From contig QPMI01000456.1 of NCBI GenBank assembly GCA_004431415.1, forward strand, positions 1-42,734: a DNA stretch of 42,734 nucleotides, in the 5' to 3' direction. This document shows positions 1-13,095 of this stretch, in pieces (the stretch's first letter is position 1; the number at the start of each line of letters is the position of its first letter). Under the pieces are notes generated by a model. It made no database searches. It was not told the origin of the DNA and saw nothing but the letters and a program-made list of their open reading frames with translations. The translations under genes and the position numbers were made by a program. The DNA comes from Cyanophora paradoxa CCMP329. Lineage: Eukaryota > Plantae > Glaucophyta.

Positions 1-1353
1 GGGCGCAGGCGGCGGCTGACCCCGATTTGCAGCGGAAGCATGCGTGCGATACAGGCTCCGGATGTCGCCGAGGAAAGCGCCGCAGGGACGCGGAGCGCCA
101 CGAAACCCGCCGCCGCATGGCCGTCCCCTGCGACGCTCTGCAGCCGCTCCTGTCTGTTTCTATCATGCTGCCTTTCGCCTAACAAATCGGAAGGCTGCGG
201 CTCGGGCAGGCGCGCGCGGCCGAACGTCCAAATCAGCTGATGGAGGCGGGTTCCGAAGAGCTGAGGTTCGAGAATCCAGTACGCGCTGCGCCTGGCTGAC
301 GCCTGGCGCGCTGGGACGGCTTCCACTGCCGATTTGTGCGATTGTTTCCGGTAACCCGCTCTTTATCGCGACGTACCCCGGATCTCGCAACTCGCTTCTG
401 ATTTGGGCGCCCGGCAGCTGCAGGAACGTAGCTCGCGCGAACGGAAAGCTCGAATCCAGCGTTTGCGGCCCGCTGCATCATCAGCATCCGTCGCATCGTT
501 TCCTGTCGTCGTCGGCAGCCGAACGCCGAGCTCGCGAACGTACGCCGACTGTACGTCATCCCAGCAACATACGCGAGCGCAGGCCTTCTGCCAGCTGAGA
601 CCTTTCGGCGACGCCCCGGCTTCTAGATCTCATGAAGGGATTCGCGCTTGGTTTGGCCGTTGCGCCGCGATTACCACGGTGCGAGAGAATGCGCATGCGC
701 ATTCCATCATTGCTACGCCTCTGTGCTCGCCCGGTCTTCCAAGCCAGTTCTGACAGCTCGCCCAGCCTGACGAGCAGTCGCTCCGGCGGTATCTCGCGGA
801 AAGTGCTGCGCAGCAGGCGGCGGCGGAGACGGGCTCGCGCATCGTCGGCACGGCCGTGAACTGGCTCAGCGGCGCGCTCCTCCCCGACGCCGTGGTGCGC
901 ATTCCTCCCGCGGCCGGCCGGGGCCCCGCCGATGGCCCAGCCCGGCCCGCGCCGCGCTGGCGCAACCGAGCCGCCGCGCGCTCGCGCAGATACACATCGC
1001 GAATTACGGGGTTCGTGAAGGCGACGGTGGTGATTCCGGGCGGGCAGGTCCGGCAGTTCATCGGCGCCTTCGGGCGCTGGTTCCCCTCCCCTGAGTCGAG
1101 CCGCCCCGGCGTCCACCTTTCGAATAGCCGTAGAGTAACCTTTAACGCTGTGCGTGATCATGATCAGTTAGACTGCGTCCCGGCCCCGGTCTGGGCGCCC
1201 CGCAGCGCCGGCTTCGCGAGACCGTGCACCTGTGCATTCATGTTGGGCAGCAAGCACTGCCAGGCAGATCTAGTCTTTGAGAATGAGAAAAAGAGAGAGA
1301 CAGAGCGCGGGCGCAGAAAGAGGGAGAAAGAAGAGAGCGGAGCGCAGCTGCAG

Positions 1354-4257
1354 CTAGCCCTGGGTCTCGGCGAGCTCCTTCTCGACGACCTTGGCGCGGC
1401 GCAGCGCCGCCATCGCCTTCGCCTTGTCCCCCGCCGCGCTCCACTTCGCCGCCAGCGACTTGAAGGCCGCCAGCGCCCCCCGCACGCGCACCTCGTACCC
1501 CTCCGGCGTCAGCTGCGCCCCCGTCAGGGGCTCGCCTAAAAGAGACTCGAGAGAGGGGGAGGGTGGGCGGGCGCGCCTTGCCGGACTGGACCTCGGTGAC
1601 GAGGACCTGCATGCGCATCTCGGTCTCCATGATGCGCGCCGTGAGCTCGTCCGGCACCAGCCCCCCGCAGGCCGCCTCCTTCGCCCGCGCCTGCTCCAGC
1701 TCCCACTCCAGCAGCCCGTTCGTCGTCGCCAGCGTCAGGCTGCCCCGCGCGTCAGGGGTAGCGGAGGGGGGTAGAAGGGTACGGCGCGCCTCTCGGGGTC
1801 CTCGAGGTCATCATCATCGGCGGCGGCGGCGGAGGGGCGCCCGCCGGCGCCCGTCGAGGGGCGGGAGGCCCCCGTCGATGGCCGCGAGGCGGCCGGGGAG
1901 CCCGCCGCGCCCGCCGACGGCCACCCGCCGCGGCCGGCCCGCCGCCCCCGCCGGCGAGAGGGCGGCGGGCGACGGGGGCTGGGGGTGCCGCGGGGCGGCG
2001 GCGGCCGCGGCTGTGGCCTGGGCGGAGGCTACGATGCCCTCCGCCGCGGCCGCCAGGGTCGGGAACGACGACCCGACGATCAGCACCTGCCGCGGCGCCC
2101 GCGTTCGCCCGAAGGGGGGTACGGGGGCCGAGCGGGGGGGGTACGGCACCTCCTCTGTGACCTCGCGCTGGTCCTTTCCCCCCGCGATCGGATCCCGTAC
2201 CCGCGCGCGGAACTCCGCTGCAGAGGGGTACACGAGTCGGCGGGGCCGGGCGGCGGGCGCGGGCGGCCGTACCGAAGGCGCCGTTTGCGCGGCGGCCGCC
2301 CTCGTCCTTCAGCTGAGTGCAGCGGCGTCTCGGCCGAGGAGCTTTAATCGGGAGGGGGGAAGGAGCGGGGGGTACCGGGACGCGCTCGTTGAAGTCGGAG
2401 CGCGTGAGGAGGGCCTTCAGGGGGAGCTCCCCCACCCCCAGGACGAGGGGGGTAGAGGACCCGAAGATCCCCAGGATCTTGGCCGGCGCCTGCTGGATCT
2501 AGGGGGAGGGCGGGGAGGGGGGTAAGGCTCGGGGTACGGGAATTCAAGAAATGTTGGGGGGTACCTCGAAATCGACGCGCTTCTTCTCGAGAAAACGCGC
2601 CAGCGCGCTCCGCTTCCGTTCGATTCGAATCTTGTGCAGTACCCCGGGCTCTGCGGCGCACCCTGTCAAAGGGGCACGGGGAGAGGTCGCGGGCAGGAGC
2701 GCACGGGCGGAGCCCGTGGGGGGTACGTTGAAGGGCGGGCCGGTCCATTCGGTGGCGGCATCGGACGAGGGGTAGGGGTACGAGAGGCGGAGCTGGCAGG
2801 GCTCCTTCCCCTTGAGGGGTATGCCCTCGACCGAGACGAGGGCGATCTGCGCGGGGCGCCGGCCGGTTCGAGCTCGGGCGTACGCGCGGCGTGCAGGGGG
2901 GTGCGGGGCGGGGGCGCGCCTCGAGGTCAGCCTCGGAGAGGTCGCGGTGGTAGACCTCCTCGCGGCGGGTGCGGAGGGCGTAGTGGTGGGGCGGGATGCC
3001 GGCCCCGGGGCTCCGGCGCGCCTCCGAGACGGCGAGGAGGCCCTGGGCGTGCCGGTTCTTCTCGCGCACGACCTCGGCGGCGGCCTCGCGGTCGCCCCGG
3101 CGCAGGCACTCCTTCGCCGCCTCGTGCGCCGCGTCGATCTGCCGCTGCAGCTGCGCCTCCATCGCCTCCAGCAGCTCCTCCCGCGACCGGCCCCGCGACG
3201 GCGACGGCGACGACGAGGAGGAGGAGCCCGCCGGCGGCCGCAGCGACGGCCCAGCCGCCTCGGGCGTCCGCGGGGGCGTCTGCGCCGCCGCCGGCGGCCC
3301 CGGCGCCGCGCCGGAGGCGCGCCGCTGCTGCGGGGCGCCCGACGCCGCCGGGGAGAGCGGCTGCGGGGCCGCCGCCGCCGCCGACCGCGCTGGGGCCGCT
3401 GCCGGCGGCGCGGCTTGCCGGGGCGCGGGCGCCGCAGGCTGCGCTGCGGTGGGCCTCGCTGCGGCGGCGGCGGCGGCAGCGGGCGGGGCAGCCGCGCCGC
3501 CGCCCTCGAGCTGCTTGGCCTGCCTCAGGAGGGACATCGCCGTCTGCTTGTCCCGCGCGCGCTGGCCTCCATCGCCGCCTTCTTCAGCCGCTGCACCTCC
3601 GCCGCCCGTGGGTCCCCGCCGCCGCCGCCGCCGGGGGCGCTTGGGGCGCTGCGGGCGCCGCAGGCGCCGCGGCCTCGCCTGCGGTGCCGGCGGCATCGCC
3701 GTGGGCGCTGCGCATGCGAGTGAGCCGATATGCGGTTTCGAGTTGCCTTGGAGGCGCCATCGCACGGCCGCATCCGCGCGAAGCTAGAGTCAAGTGACCG
3801 GTTCATGCGCACCGGTTTGCGGCCTCTGTTGCTGTTGCGCGAAGGGGTTTTGGAAGCCATCGGAGCCGCGTAGGCCGCGGTCGGCTGCGGCTGGGCGGGC
3901 CGTGGCAGGGCATGCCGGGCTTGCGGCTCGGGCGCGAGACCGAGCGCTGCTTCTGCCGCTGCAAGTTCCGCGAGGAGGTCCGAGTCATGCAGGTCGCTCT
4001 GCAGGTGCGGTCAGCGCTCAGCGGGAGCTGCGCGGGGCGGGCGTATACGTGTCGCGCGCCTCCGTCAGCTGCACATTTTCGATGTCGCCCATGCCGTGCG
4101 CCGCCGCCATCATCCTTGCGAGGTCTTCGTGCTCCGCGGCCGCCATCGCGTCGAGCTGCGCCAGTTCGGGCGGCAGGAACGAGTCTTCGGCACGCCGCGA
4201 CTCAGGCGAGCGCCGCTCATTCTTCTCCTTCTTCTTGCCGAAGCCGAAGAAGTCCAT
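1354..4257 (-). CDS. Host CC2D1A/B (Lgd/Freud-1)-like protein: DM14 repeats + C2 domain, multi-exon
   Basis: Starts MDFFGFGKK (4257). DM14-like helical hairpins 'EVQRLKKAAMEA..RDKQTAMSLLRQAKQLE' and 'AAKECLRRGDREAAAEVVREK'. 'GIPPHHYALRT..HRDLSEADLE|IALVSVEG' leads into a C2-like region. C-terminal 'QSGK|LTPEGY...GDKAKAMAALRRAKVVEKEL' ends at TAG 1354-1356. Exon structure is only partly resolved. Confidence 0.7.
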
Positions 4258-4621
4258 CCGCTGGCGCCCTAGCTGCTTCTGCAGCTGAGACAAGAAAGTC
4301 AAGACTTGTCGGCGGGTACGCGTTGCGACGAGCCAAGGCCATGGTCCTCCGAAGTGCCGCAAGGACTCAAACGTGACTCTTTGACCGTTTGTTGCCTTGC
4401 AGTTCAGCTAAGGGGTCCTTCCGCCCAGCATCATACGCCGCTCCTTCCAATAAGCACCCCAGAGCCGCAGACCAGCTGCAGAGTCAGTGCAGACCAGCCG
4501 CGGTCGCACCCAGCCGCTGAGCGGGCGGGGCAGCGCGCGTGCGCCCATTCACAATCCATCGCACCAACTGGCAATGCAGTAGCGGCGGCGCTGCTGCGCC
4601 ACAGCCGCAGCGTGCGCAACG

Positions 4622-5900
4622 ATGGGCGCCGGCTCGTCCGCGCGGTCGCGCTATCCCGCCGCCGAGATCGTGGGTGAGGTGGAAGTGACGCCCCCGCCGA
4701 AGAAGGGCCCAGGCCTCCGCCCCCGCGCGCCCGCCCGCCCCGATGCCCCCGCTCGTCGAGGTCCGCTTCCTCACGTGCACTCGTAGTTCAGATCTAAATC
4801 TGTCGCCCGTGCCGCTGAGCTTCGAGCTGAGCGCGGTGCCGCCGCAGCCGCTGCCGCCGGCGCCGCCGGTGCTGTACGCGTTCGAGGCGTGCCCGGAGTG
4901 CGCCCGCCTGGAGCTGAGCCTGCGCCACTGCAAGATCCGCTACGAGCGCCGCGAGGAGGAGCCGCTCGAGCTCCGCCTCCCCTGGTGCGCCCACGACCGC
5001 CGCGCCCGAGCCGGTTCGGGGTCCAGCCGGCCTGGCCTGCCCGCAGCACATTCCTAGAGCCAGCTCCCATCGCTTCTCTAAAACGAATGCCCGCCCCCTT
5101 CTAGGTACGTCGTGACGACGGAGCGCCCCGTCCCGCGGCTGCACCACGGCCGCCACGTCCTCGAGGACCTCCCCTCTATCCTCCAGCACATCGCGCGTAC
5201 CCCTCCCCAGCGCCGGCTCGACGTACCCCCTTCCCGACTGACTTCGCCCCCGCAGGAGAAGCTCCCCGGCGCCGCTGCCCTGCTGCCCATCGTTCGCCCA
5301 TCTACCCCCCCCCCCCCCCCCTCCGGATTCGAACGCGGGCCGCAGGACTTCGAGGCGCGGGCGCGCGTGCGCGTGTTCCTCCTGTCGGCCTCGAACCGCC
5401 TCACGGCCCTCGTCCGCGGCGCCGTCGCGCCGCCGCCGCCGCGATTGCGAGCGCCGAGGGCGGGGACGGGGCGGCGGAGGCGGCGGCGGCGCCCGCTGCG
5501 CGCCCCGTGGGGAGCTGGCCTCAGAGATCGGGGCGGCGCTGGGCGAGCTGGCGGCGCAGGCGGACCCTATGGGCGCGCCCCTCTTCGCGTTCCTGCCCTC
5601 CGCCGCCGACTTCTGCCTGCTGCCCCTCGTCTGGGAGCTCCGCGCCGCCCTCGCCGCCGCCGGCGCCGCCTCTGCCCTCCCGCCCCGCCTCCAGGCCTGG
5701 CTCCCGCCGCCGAGGCCGCCGCCGCCCTGGGCGTCCGCGAGCCGCCCGCGGGGCCCCTGCTTCAGCTCGCCGCCGCCCGCCTCAAGAGGCCCCGCGCCCC
5801 GGCCCGCGGCCCCGCGCCCCTTAGCAGCCCCGCTCGTCCACACGTTGACGTTGCTGCTACAGCCAAACGCGATTCATTCGACCCAGGCCCTCGAGCTCTA
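4622..5900 (+). CDS. Host glutathione S-transferase-family protein, multi-exon
   Basis: GST N-domain motifs 'VLYAFEACPECARLELSLRHCKIRYE' and 'VPRLHHGRHVLEDLPSILQHI'; C-domain 'PSAADFCLLPLVWEL...PRLQAWL'; putative start MGAGSS. Boundaries are approximate. Confidence 0.65.
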
Positions 5901-8430
5901 GATCTAGATCAGATCTCGATCTATTGATCATGATCATCGATACTGCTGCCGTGCCGCCCCGTACACGTGCACGCTAGTAAAAAGGGCCGACTCGGCGAAC
6001 TGATCTAATTACGACCTAGCTGAGACCTGTTATATTTGATCGGCCACCGCTCTAATATTTCTTCGTGTCTGTCATCCCCTGTCACTAGATCTGCTCAGTC
6101 TGGTTCGTTTATTATCTCTTCTCGATCTGTCTCCGTGTCTTTCCTTTTTTATAGTCGATTTTGGCTCTTGTCCAGTCTTTCTGCGTGCTCTTGTCTTAGT
6201 TCTTTTGCTTTTTTGCCCCTGTGCCCCTGGCAGCCCCCGCAGTGCTGGTGCCTAGAGACTGTGGCCGGTAATTCACCAAAAAAATAATTCCGTCGACCTA
6301 ATTGCGATCTAACTGCGATCTAATTCAAATAGGTCTCAGTTAGATCGCAATTCGATCGCCGCTGCCCGCGCCGGCCCGGCGGGGCTGCCCCGCGCTCCCC
6401 GCCGCCCGGCCAGCCCCACCCCCCGCCCCAACCTCTTCTAGCTCGAGCTCCTCTTTCGAATTCTAGCCGATCGCGAGCGCCTCGAAAACAGCTCGCGATC
6501 GCCTTTAGCTATAGCTAGGCCTGCGCCAGCCTGGCGCCGGCGTCTGACGGCTAGCGCTCGCCCGGCGCGGGCCACCCGGTGACCGCCTTCAAGGCTTCTG
6601 GAGCTCTGCTTTTCTTCCATTTGAACGGACGCAACGTTTTCAAGGCTTCTGGAGCTCTGCTTTTCTTCCATTTGAACGGGCGCAACGTTAACGGTCCTTC
6701 AAGTTTGCTCCTTTCCCTGACCTCTAGATCCCCGGATTAATGATCAAGCCATTGATATTGCCCCGAAATGGAACGTGAATTTCCCTTCCCCGACCCCGCG
6801 CGCAGCAGCGTGCACGATATCGATCTAGCACGACCCCTTACGAGCGCGCGCCGCAGCGGGCCCTTCATCTATTCAGTCTTTCCTTTCCCACCTTCGCCCC
6901 CGCGGCCGGGCCCCCAATTGCAACCCACCGCCCCCCCCCCCCCCCACCGCCCCCCCCCACCCCACCCCCCCCCTCAGAATCGGGGCGGCGCTGGGCGAGC
7001 TGGCGGCGCAGGCGGACCCTATGGGCGCGCCCTCTTCGCGTTCCTGCCCTCCGCCGCCGACTTCTGCCTGCTGCCCCTCGTCTGGGAGCTCCGCGCCGCC
7101 CTCGCGCCGCCGGCGGGCCGCCTCTGCCCCTCCGCCCCGCCTCCAGGCCTGGCTCCCGCCGCCGAGGCCGCCGCCGCCGCCTGGGCGTCCGCGAGCCGCC
7201 CGCGGCCCCTGCTTCAGCTCGCCGCCGCCCGCTCAAGAAGGCCCCGCGCCCCGGCCCGCGGCCCCGCGCGCCCCTTAGCAGCCCGCTCGTCCACACGTTG
7301 ACGTTGCTGCTACAGCCAAACGCGATTCATTCGACCCCAGGCCCCTCGAGCTCTAGATCTAGATCAGATCTCGATCTATTGATCATGATCATCGATACTG
7401 CTGCCGTGCGCGCCCGTACACGTGCACGCTAGTAAAAAGGGGCCGACTCGGCGAACTGATCTAATTACGACCTAGCTGAGACCTGTTATATTTGATCGGC
7501 ACCGCTCTAATATTTCTTCGTGTCTGTCATCCCCTGTCACTAGATCTGCTCAGTCTGGTTCGTTTATTATCTCTTCTCGATCTGTCTCCGTGTCTTTCCT
7601 TTTTATAGTCGATTTTGGCTCTTTGTCCAGTCTTTCTGCGTGCTCTTGTCTTAGTTCTTTTGCTTTTTTTGCCCTGTGCCCCCTGGGCAGCCCCGCAGTG
7701 CTGGTGCCTAGAGACTGTGGCCGGTAATTCACCAAAAAATAATTCCGTCGACCTAATTGCGATCTAACTGCGATCTAATTCAAATAGGTCTCAGTTAGAT
7801 CGCAATTCGATCGCCGCTGCCGCGGCCGGCCCGGCGGGGGCTGCCCCGCGCTCCCCGCCGCCCCGGCCAGCCCCCACCCCCGCCCCAACCTCTTCTAGCC
7901 TCGAGCTCCTCTTTCGAATTCTAGCCGATCGCGAGCGCCTCGAAAACAGCTCGCGATCGCCTTTAGCTATAGCTAGGCCTGGCGCCAGCCTGGCGCCGGC
8001 GTCTGACGGCTAGCGCTCGCCCGGCCGCGGGCCACCCGGTGACCGCCTTCAAGGCTTCTGGAGCTCTGCTTTTCTTCCATTTGAACGGACGCAACGTTTT
8101 CAAGGCTTCTGGAGCTCTGCTTTTCTTCCATTTGAACGGGCGCAACGTTAACGGTCCTTCAAGTTTGCTCCTTTCCCTGACCTCTAGATCCCCGGATTAA
8201 TGATCAAGCCATTGATATTGCCCCGAAATGGAACGTGAATTTCCCTTCCCCCGACCCGCGCGCAGCAGCGTGCACGATATCGATCTAGCACGACCCCTTA
8301 CGAGCGCGCGCCGCAGCGGGCCCTTCATCTATTCCAGTCTTTCCTTTCCCACCTTCGCCCCCGCGGCCGGGCCCCAATTGCAACCCACCGCCCCCCCCCC
8401 CCCCCACCGCCCCCCCCCCCACCCCCCCCC
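5520..8430. repeat. Tandem direct duplication of ~1.45 kb (5520-6972 / 6973-~8430)
   Basis: Near-identical copies differing mainly by homopolymer indels and joined at poly-C tracts. Confidence 0.9.
6588..6689. repeat. 2 x 51-bp tandem repeat (also at ~8048-8149)
   Basis: TTCAAGGCTTCTGGAGCTCTGCTTTTCTTCCATTTGAACGG(A/G)CGCAACGTT occurs twice in tandem. Confidence 0.9.
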
Positions 8431-10429
8431 CCCCCCACCCCCACCCCCACCCCACCCCCACAATTGCAACCCCCTGCTGTACATATATTCATATTATATA
8501 TTATATTAGCTTCACACACACACACATATATATATAGCAGTGCACGCCGGCGCGCGCGCGCGCGCGTCAGGCGTCGGCGAGGAGGGCGGCCTCGGCGTCG
8601 GCGGCGAGCTCCGCCTGCACCGCGTCGATGGCCGTCTCGTCCTCCAGCTCCAGCTCGGGGCCCGCCCCGCCTGCCGCGGCGCTCAGGATCATGATCAGCG
8701 GAGGGCGGGCGGGCGGGCGTGCGCGCACTCGTACCTCGAGGGCGGCGAGGTCCACGGCCCCGGCGGTCTCGTCCAGGTGGCTGGACACGTAGTCGGCAAA
8801 GGCTTCCCGGACCCTACCCCAGGCGGCCGCCCGCCCCGATCAGACCCCGCTCAAGAATGGTTCAAGACCAACTGAGCAACTGCGCAGGACTCACCTATTA
8901 TCACCAATGAATTCCCCCGGGGCTTTATAGTCACGAATATTTCCGCTAGAGTAGATGTCGTAGCAAGTTCCACTCTTCAGAGGTTCGCCATCAGCTGTCT
9001 TGTTTTGGATCGCCAGCGACGCCTTTCGAGACTCTCGAGGTCCGCCTGCATACTCCATAGCATACTGCGGGTCACGATCATGATGATCATGACGAATTTG
9101 AACTTGAAGAACCCCAGAACGTTAACTATTACCTTATGGCAAAACTTGGCGAATTCGCCATAGGGCCCTTCAATGCCCGTTGTTATGAAGCGCGGGTCCC
9201 CGCCGCAGTCCCAGTCCTGTACGTACGGGTGCAGGCACAGATTAATATCAAGACCGTCGGACTCGGCGGCGTTTCTAGATCTGGCGCCGCGGCCGGCCCG
9301 GGGCCGGGCCGGCCGGGCCCGGCCCGGCCGCGGCTCGAGTACTAGTCGTCAGGACCAACTCGGCCGGCCGCGGGTCGCAAAGATCTAGATCCAGACCAAC
9401 TCTGCATAGATGGGCACAATTTGACGCACGGTAAAGCACATCATGGTCTCCTCGCCTGCCGCATGGTGTCATACGAAGTCACTGAGTCGGGACTAATTCA
9501 TTTATAATTAGACTCATGATCAGTGACTAATATACTCTGATATATATAGTTAGGTCGATGCGAATTCGAACGCACCCTTCATCACCCAGGTTTTGATGTA
9601 CTTTCCGGAGCTCGAGGTCAAGTTGCTCCCAACCTCGATGGCCGTCTGACCGTCGCGATCGGAAAGATAAGTCGGAGACGGGGGGCCGCGGGCCAGGTCG
9701 TGCAACTTCTAAATCAAATTTCGGCTTGTATATGTGAGATCGATTCGATTGCACGAATGCGACACGCGCGGCAGGCCTAGAGCGCCCGCCTGCATGGGTG
9801 ACCTAGGCCTGTTGGGGATCCCAAACATGGGCTCGCACGCGCGCGGCCACTCACCCCAAGCGATAGGCACTCGTCGCCTCCATTGAACTGGATATGCGTT
9901 CCGCCAGCGGACTTGCACCTGCGTGTTCGAGCGCGCTTGTAATTAGCGAGAGCGATGCGGTCAGCGCCAAATGCAGAATTCCGATATCGATCGTGATTCA
10001 CTCCATCTCATGCATATGATCATGTATATATAGGCGCGGCATCGCGTGCGCAAAAACTTGCCAACGGCGGCAGATCTGCAAACGGAATGATCCTTGCATC
10101 AACACGTTCACGCGCACCACTCTTCATAGTAAGCCTTGGCGTCCTCAAGGTTTCCCGCGTTGATCTTCGACTTCGTAAACCCATCCGCTTGACCCGGGGA
10201 AAGGATGCCCTCCTTCACGTTGTCCGATGTGACGAGTTCGGCCGAGTCGCAGGGGCCTTTCGGGGGCTGCAGGGATCGTGTTTCACGGGGCGATCGGCAA
10301 GGTGTAGCATCTGCTGCTCTTTGCGTTGCCCATGCTGCTGCTGCTGCTGCTCAGCGGCTACTGCTGCTGCTGCTGCTGCTCTCCACTGAGTCTCCAGACG
10401 CACGCGCGCGTTAACTAGACACTCTCCTG

Positions 10430-10945
10430 AGAGTCACTGAGAGTGCGCGCGAGAGTCTTGGCATGGACTCTTAGCTGTATCATAGTACCGGTAGTATACC
10501 GCAGTGCACCGGTACCTGCACATGGTACCGGTATTGCACTGCGCACGTGCAGAGTCACTGCAGACTCATGATCACACTGCAGAGTCACTGCAGACTCTGA
10601 TGAGAGTCACTGCAGACTCAGTGCAGAGTCAGTGCAGAGTCACTGCAGACGGTGCAGTGCTGCCAGTGCACTGCGCGCATGCGGGCCCGTCTGCGGCACG
10701 TGCGCGGTCACCGCCGGTCACACGTGCACGCCGCGCGCGGTGCACGTCCGCCGTCCGGTACTGTAATTTCAGTCTGTAAATTGCAAATTACTGGTAGTAC
10801 GTATACGCTGCGATCATGAATGAATCATGATGCATGTACGTATACGCCGCGATCGATCGACCGTCGGACGTACGGTATACGTACGTACGTCGCGAATCGC
10901 GATCGCGACTCGCGAGTCGCGACTCGCGACTCGGCGACTCACTGA
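10430..10945. repeat. Degenerate simple repeats built from short palindromes
   Basis: GAGTCACTGCAGA units, then GTACGTATAC and TCGCGA(C/G)TCGCGA runs. Confidence 0.75.
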
Positions 10946-11046
10946 GGCTGTTTTCCGGTTGCAGGTCAAGTCTTACATATCAATGGCGAAATGGAGGACT
11001 TGCCGGGCCGAGTTCGGTACTTTCCGCGAACCGGTGGTACTTTTCG

Positions 11047-12747
11047 CCAACCGACAGTCCGGTAGACTTAAGTCTTTGGCGCGGTTTTCCCAAACACAGC
11101 ACGCCGGCCCGAGTCAGCTCCTGCCGGCGGCTGCCTATATTTAACAAATATATGCAGTTAACCGTATATACCCAAATATATAATTCTTTTACTCAAGACT
11201 TGCGTGACCTCACGCTCTTGGTGATTGGCCAGGCGCACGTGTGCCTCACGTGTGCCGCCCATCAGCACTACCCCTCGCCTTCGTGCGCACCAACTTTCCG
11301 CCCGGCTAGCTCGCTCCGCTCGCTCCAGCGCTCGGCCTTCGCGCGCTCCACGTGCTCGGGACGCATGTGCGACGCTCTCCCTCGCTTGTCGCCGCCCGCC
11401 GCAGACAAACGCTCATCGAAGGCGATCCTGCGGCGCGCGTCTTCCGTCAACGCTCTCCCCGTGCTTAAGATGCATGTAACAAGCTCTAGACGTGCCGGTG
11501 CGCCAGGCCTGCCGCTGGATCGGTCCCGGTTGTTCGAATCGCGGTTTTCGCCCATCCGGCGCGGTTTCGCCGCCCCGGTGCCGCCCGTGTCCCCGGGTGT
11601 GTTTCCCCATCCTTGTGCATGCTTTAGAACACCGCTGCATGCCCAGAAAGAGTGCCGCACTCGTGAAAGAAAGTTCGAGGTGCCTTGGACACGGGCCACA
11701 CGGGCGAGCGCTACATCGAAGGGGGGGCCGGGCGAGCGGTGCCAGAAGCTAGTAAACATGCCTACGTACGCCTCGGAATGGCGCTGCGTGCGATTCCGGC
11801 CCGGGGCCGCCGCCAAGGTGAAGGACTGCGCCTGGGTGGCGGTGGTGGTCCATCAGCCGGCGGCGAACTGGTCGAAGAAGAGAACGGAAAGGAAGTATAG
11901 CACCTATACATCATGAAACGACGATGCGCGACCGGCGGGCGAGCCCCCCGTCGTCGGGCGGTCAAGGACTCCGCGGTGCTGCGCACGCGGAGGCAGTCAG
12001 GTTGGCTGCCCTACGTGCAGGCAGCGCGCTGGCTTACGAGTCGTTTCTATATCCTTAGATGCATCGTTTGTGTGTCTCGGAGCCGAATGGCGCGCGGCAT
12101 TGTCTCGGTCTGCACATGGCGGGAGGCGACATGTCTCAGGGTTCGGAGGCGACGCAGGCGATCTGCTCACGCACCGACATGATGTAGAGCATCTAGAGAT
12201 GCCTGGGAAGTGTCGCTGCCAGCGCCCGCGATGGGCGCAGCGGACTCCGACGTCCCTCCCGCGGCATTTCCTTCTGCGCCTTGGTTAGCCTACGTGCGGT
12301 AGGGGCGTGACTGCGAGCAATAGGCATGAAAGCATACCATAAGTGGATGTAGCTGGGTGCGGCTGGGCTGGCACGTGGGCAGAAGAAGATGACTTTCGAA
12401 CTGCGGCCACCGCCATGCCTAGCCTCCTCTTTGGCCATTGCTAGAGCTGCCTAGCGTGCGTAGGAGGCGGATCGCTGTCGCTTATGCAGCTAGGCTGCTC
12501 AGGCCGCTCGCTGCCACGCACGAGGTCGCGGGGGTACGAGCGCGAAGGAAAGTTTGCCGTACCCACAAAGTTGAGTTGGAATTTGCATACTACTGCGAGT
12601 CGAGTCAAAAAGTCCGAGTCAAAAACTCGGGCGTTTTGCCTGATTGGTCAAAATAAACTCAATCCACCGGCGCAGGTACCGGTCCTGTTGGACCGGCGTG
12701 CTGTGAAAATCGCGCCAAAGACTTAAGTCTACCGGACTGTCGGTTGG
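11047..12747. mobile_element. Putative non-autonomous TIR DNA transposon (~1.7 kb)
   Basis: CCAACCGACAGTCCGGTAGACTTAAGTCTTTGGCGCGGTTTTC at 11047 and its reverse complement (1 mismatch) ending 12747; the match extends imperfectly inward (ACAGCACGCCGG). No TSD or transposase recognised. Confidence 0.65.
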
Positions 12748-12774
12748 GACTGTTGGTTCGTGTTATCGAGCTTC

Positions 12775-13095
12775 ATAGCTAGCGAGATCTAGAGGGGTAC
12801 CGGTAGGTATACACAGACTACAGCGCTAGCGCTAGCACTAGCCATATGCATAGTGCACTGCCGCCTAGTCCCTAGGCCCTATAGCTACGTATACTAGCCT
12901 ACGTATACTAGCCCTATAGCTAGGCCCTACGTATACTAGCTATAGCTAGTCCAAGTCCTAGGCCCTAGCTAGCTATATAGCGCTAGTTGTATGCCGGCAG
13001 CTGGGCCGGCGCCATGTACATAAGACATAGCTAGCGGTAACATGCATATATATGTACATACTACATAGCTAGCGGTGGCTAGCGCTACCGTGGCA
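12775..13095. repeat. Low-complexity CTAG/TAGCTA/TACGTATAC palindromic tract
   Basis: Seen directly in the sequence. Confidence 0.75.

Noticed and set aside
560-1170. Possible spliced host gene on + strand ('LLPDAVVR...RYTSRITGFVKATVVIPGG')
   Set aside because: Looks coding but no family recognised and exon structure unresolved
40-5927. Many long overlapping Ala/Arg/Gly/Pro-rich ORFs
   Set aside because: Shadow frames caused by very high GC; only spliced models with recognisable motifs were kept
6588-6689. CRISPR-like repeat
   Set aside because: Two adjacent 51-bp units with no spacers, no cas genes, in eukaryotic context
5520-8470. 1.45-kb tandem duplication as a real gene duplication or LTR pair
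   Set aside because: Copies differ mostly by homopolymer indels and join at poly-C; no internal retroelement; most likely a mis-assembly
8780-10390. Possible minus-strand multi-exon gene remnant
   Set aside because: No consistent reading frame or motif could be supported
10834-11916. 360-aa ORF as a transposase
   Set aside because: Starts in low-complexity DNA outside the TIR and shows no catalytic motif
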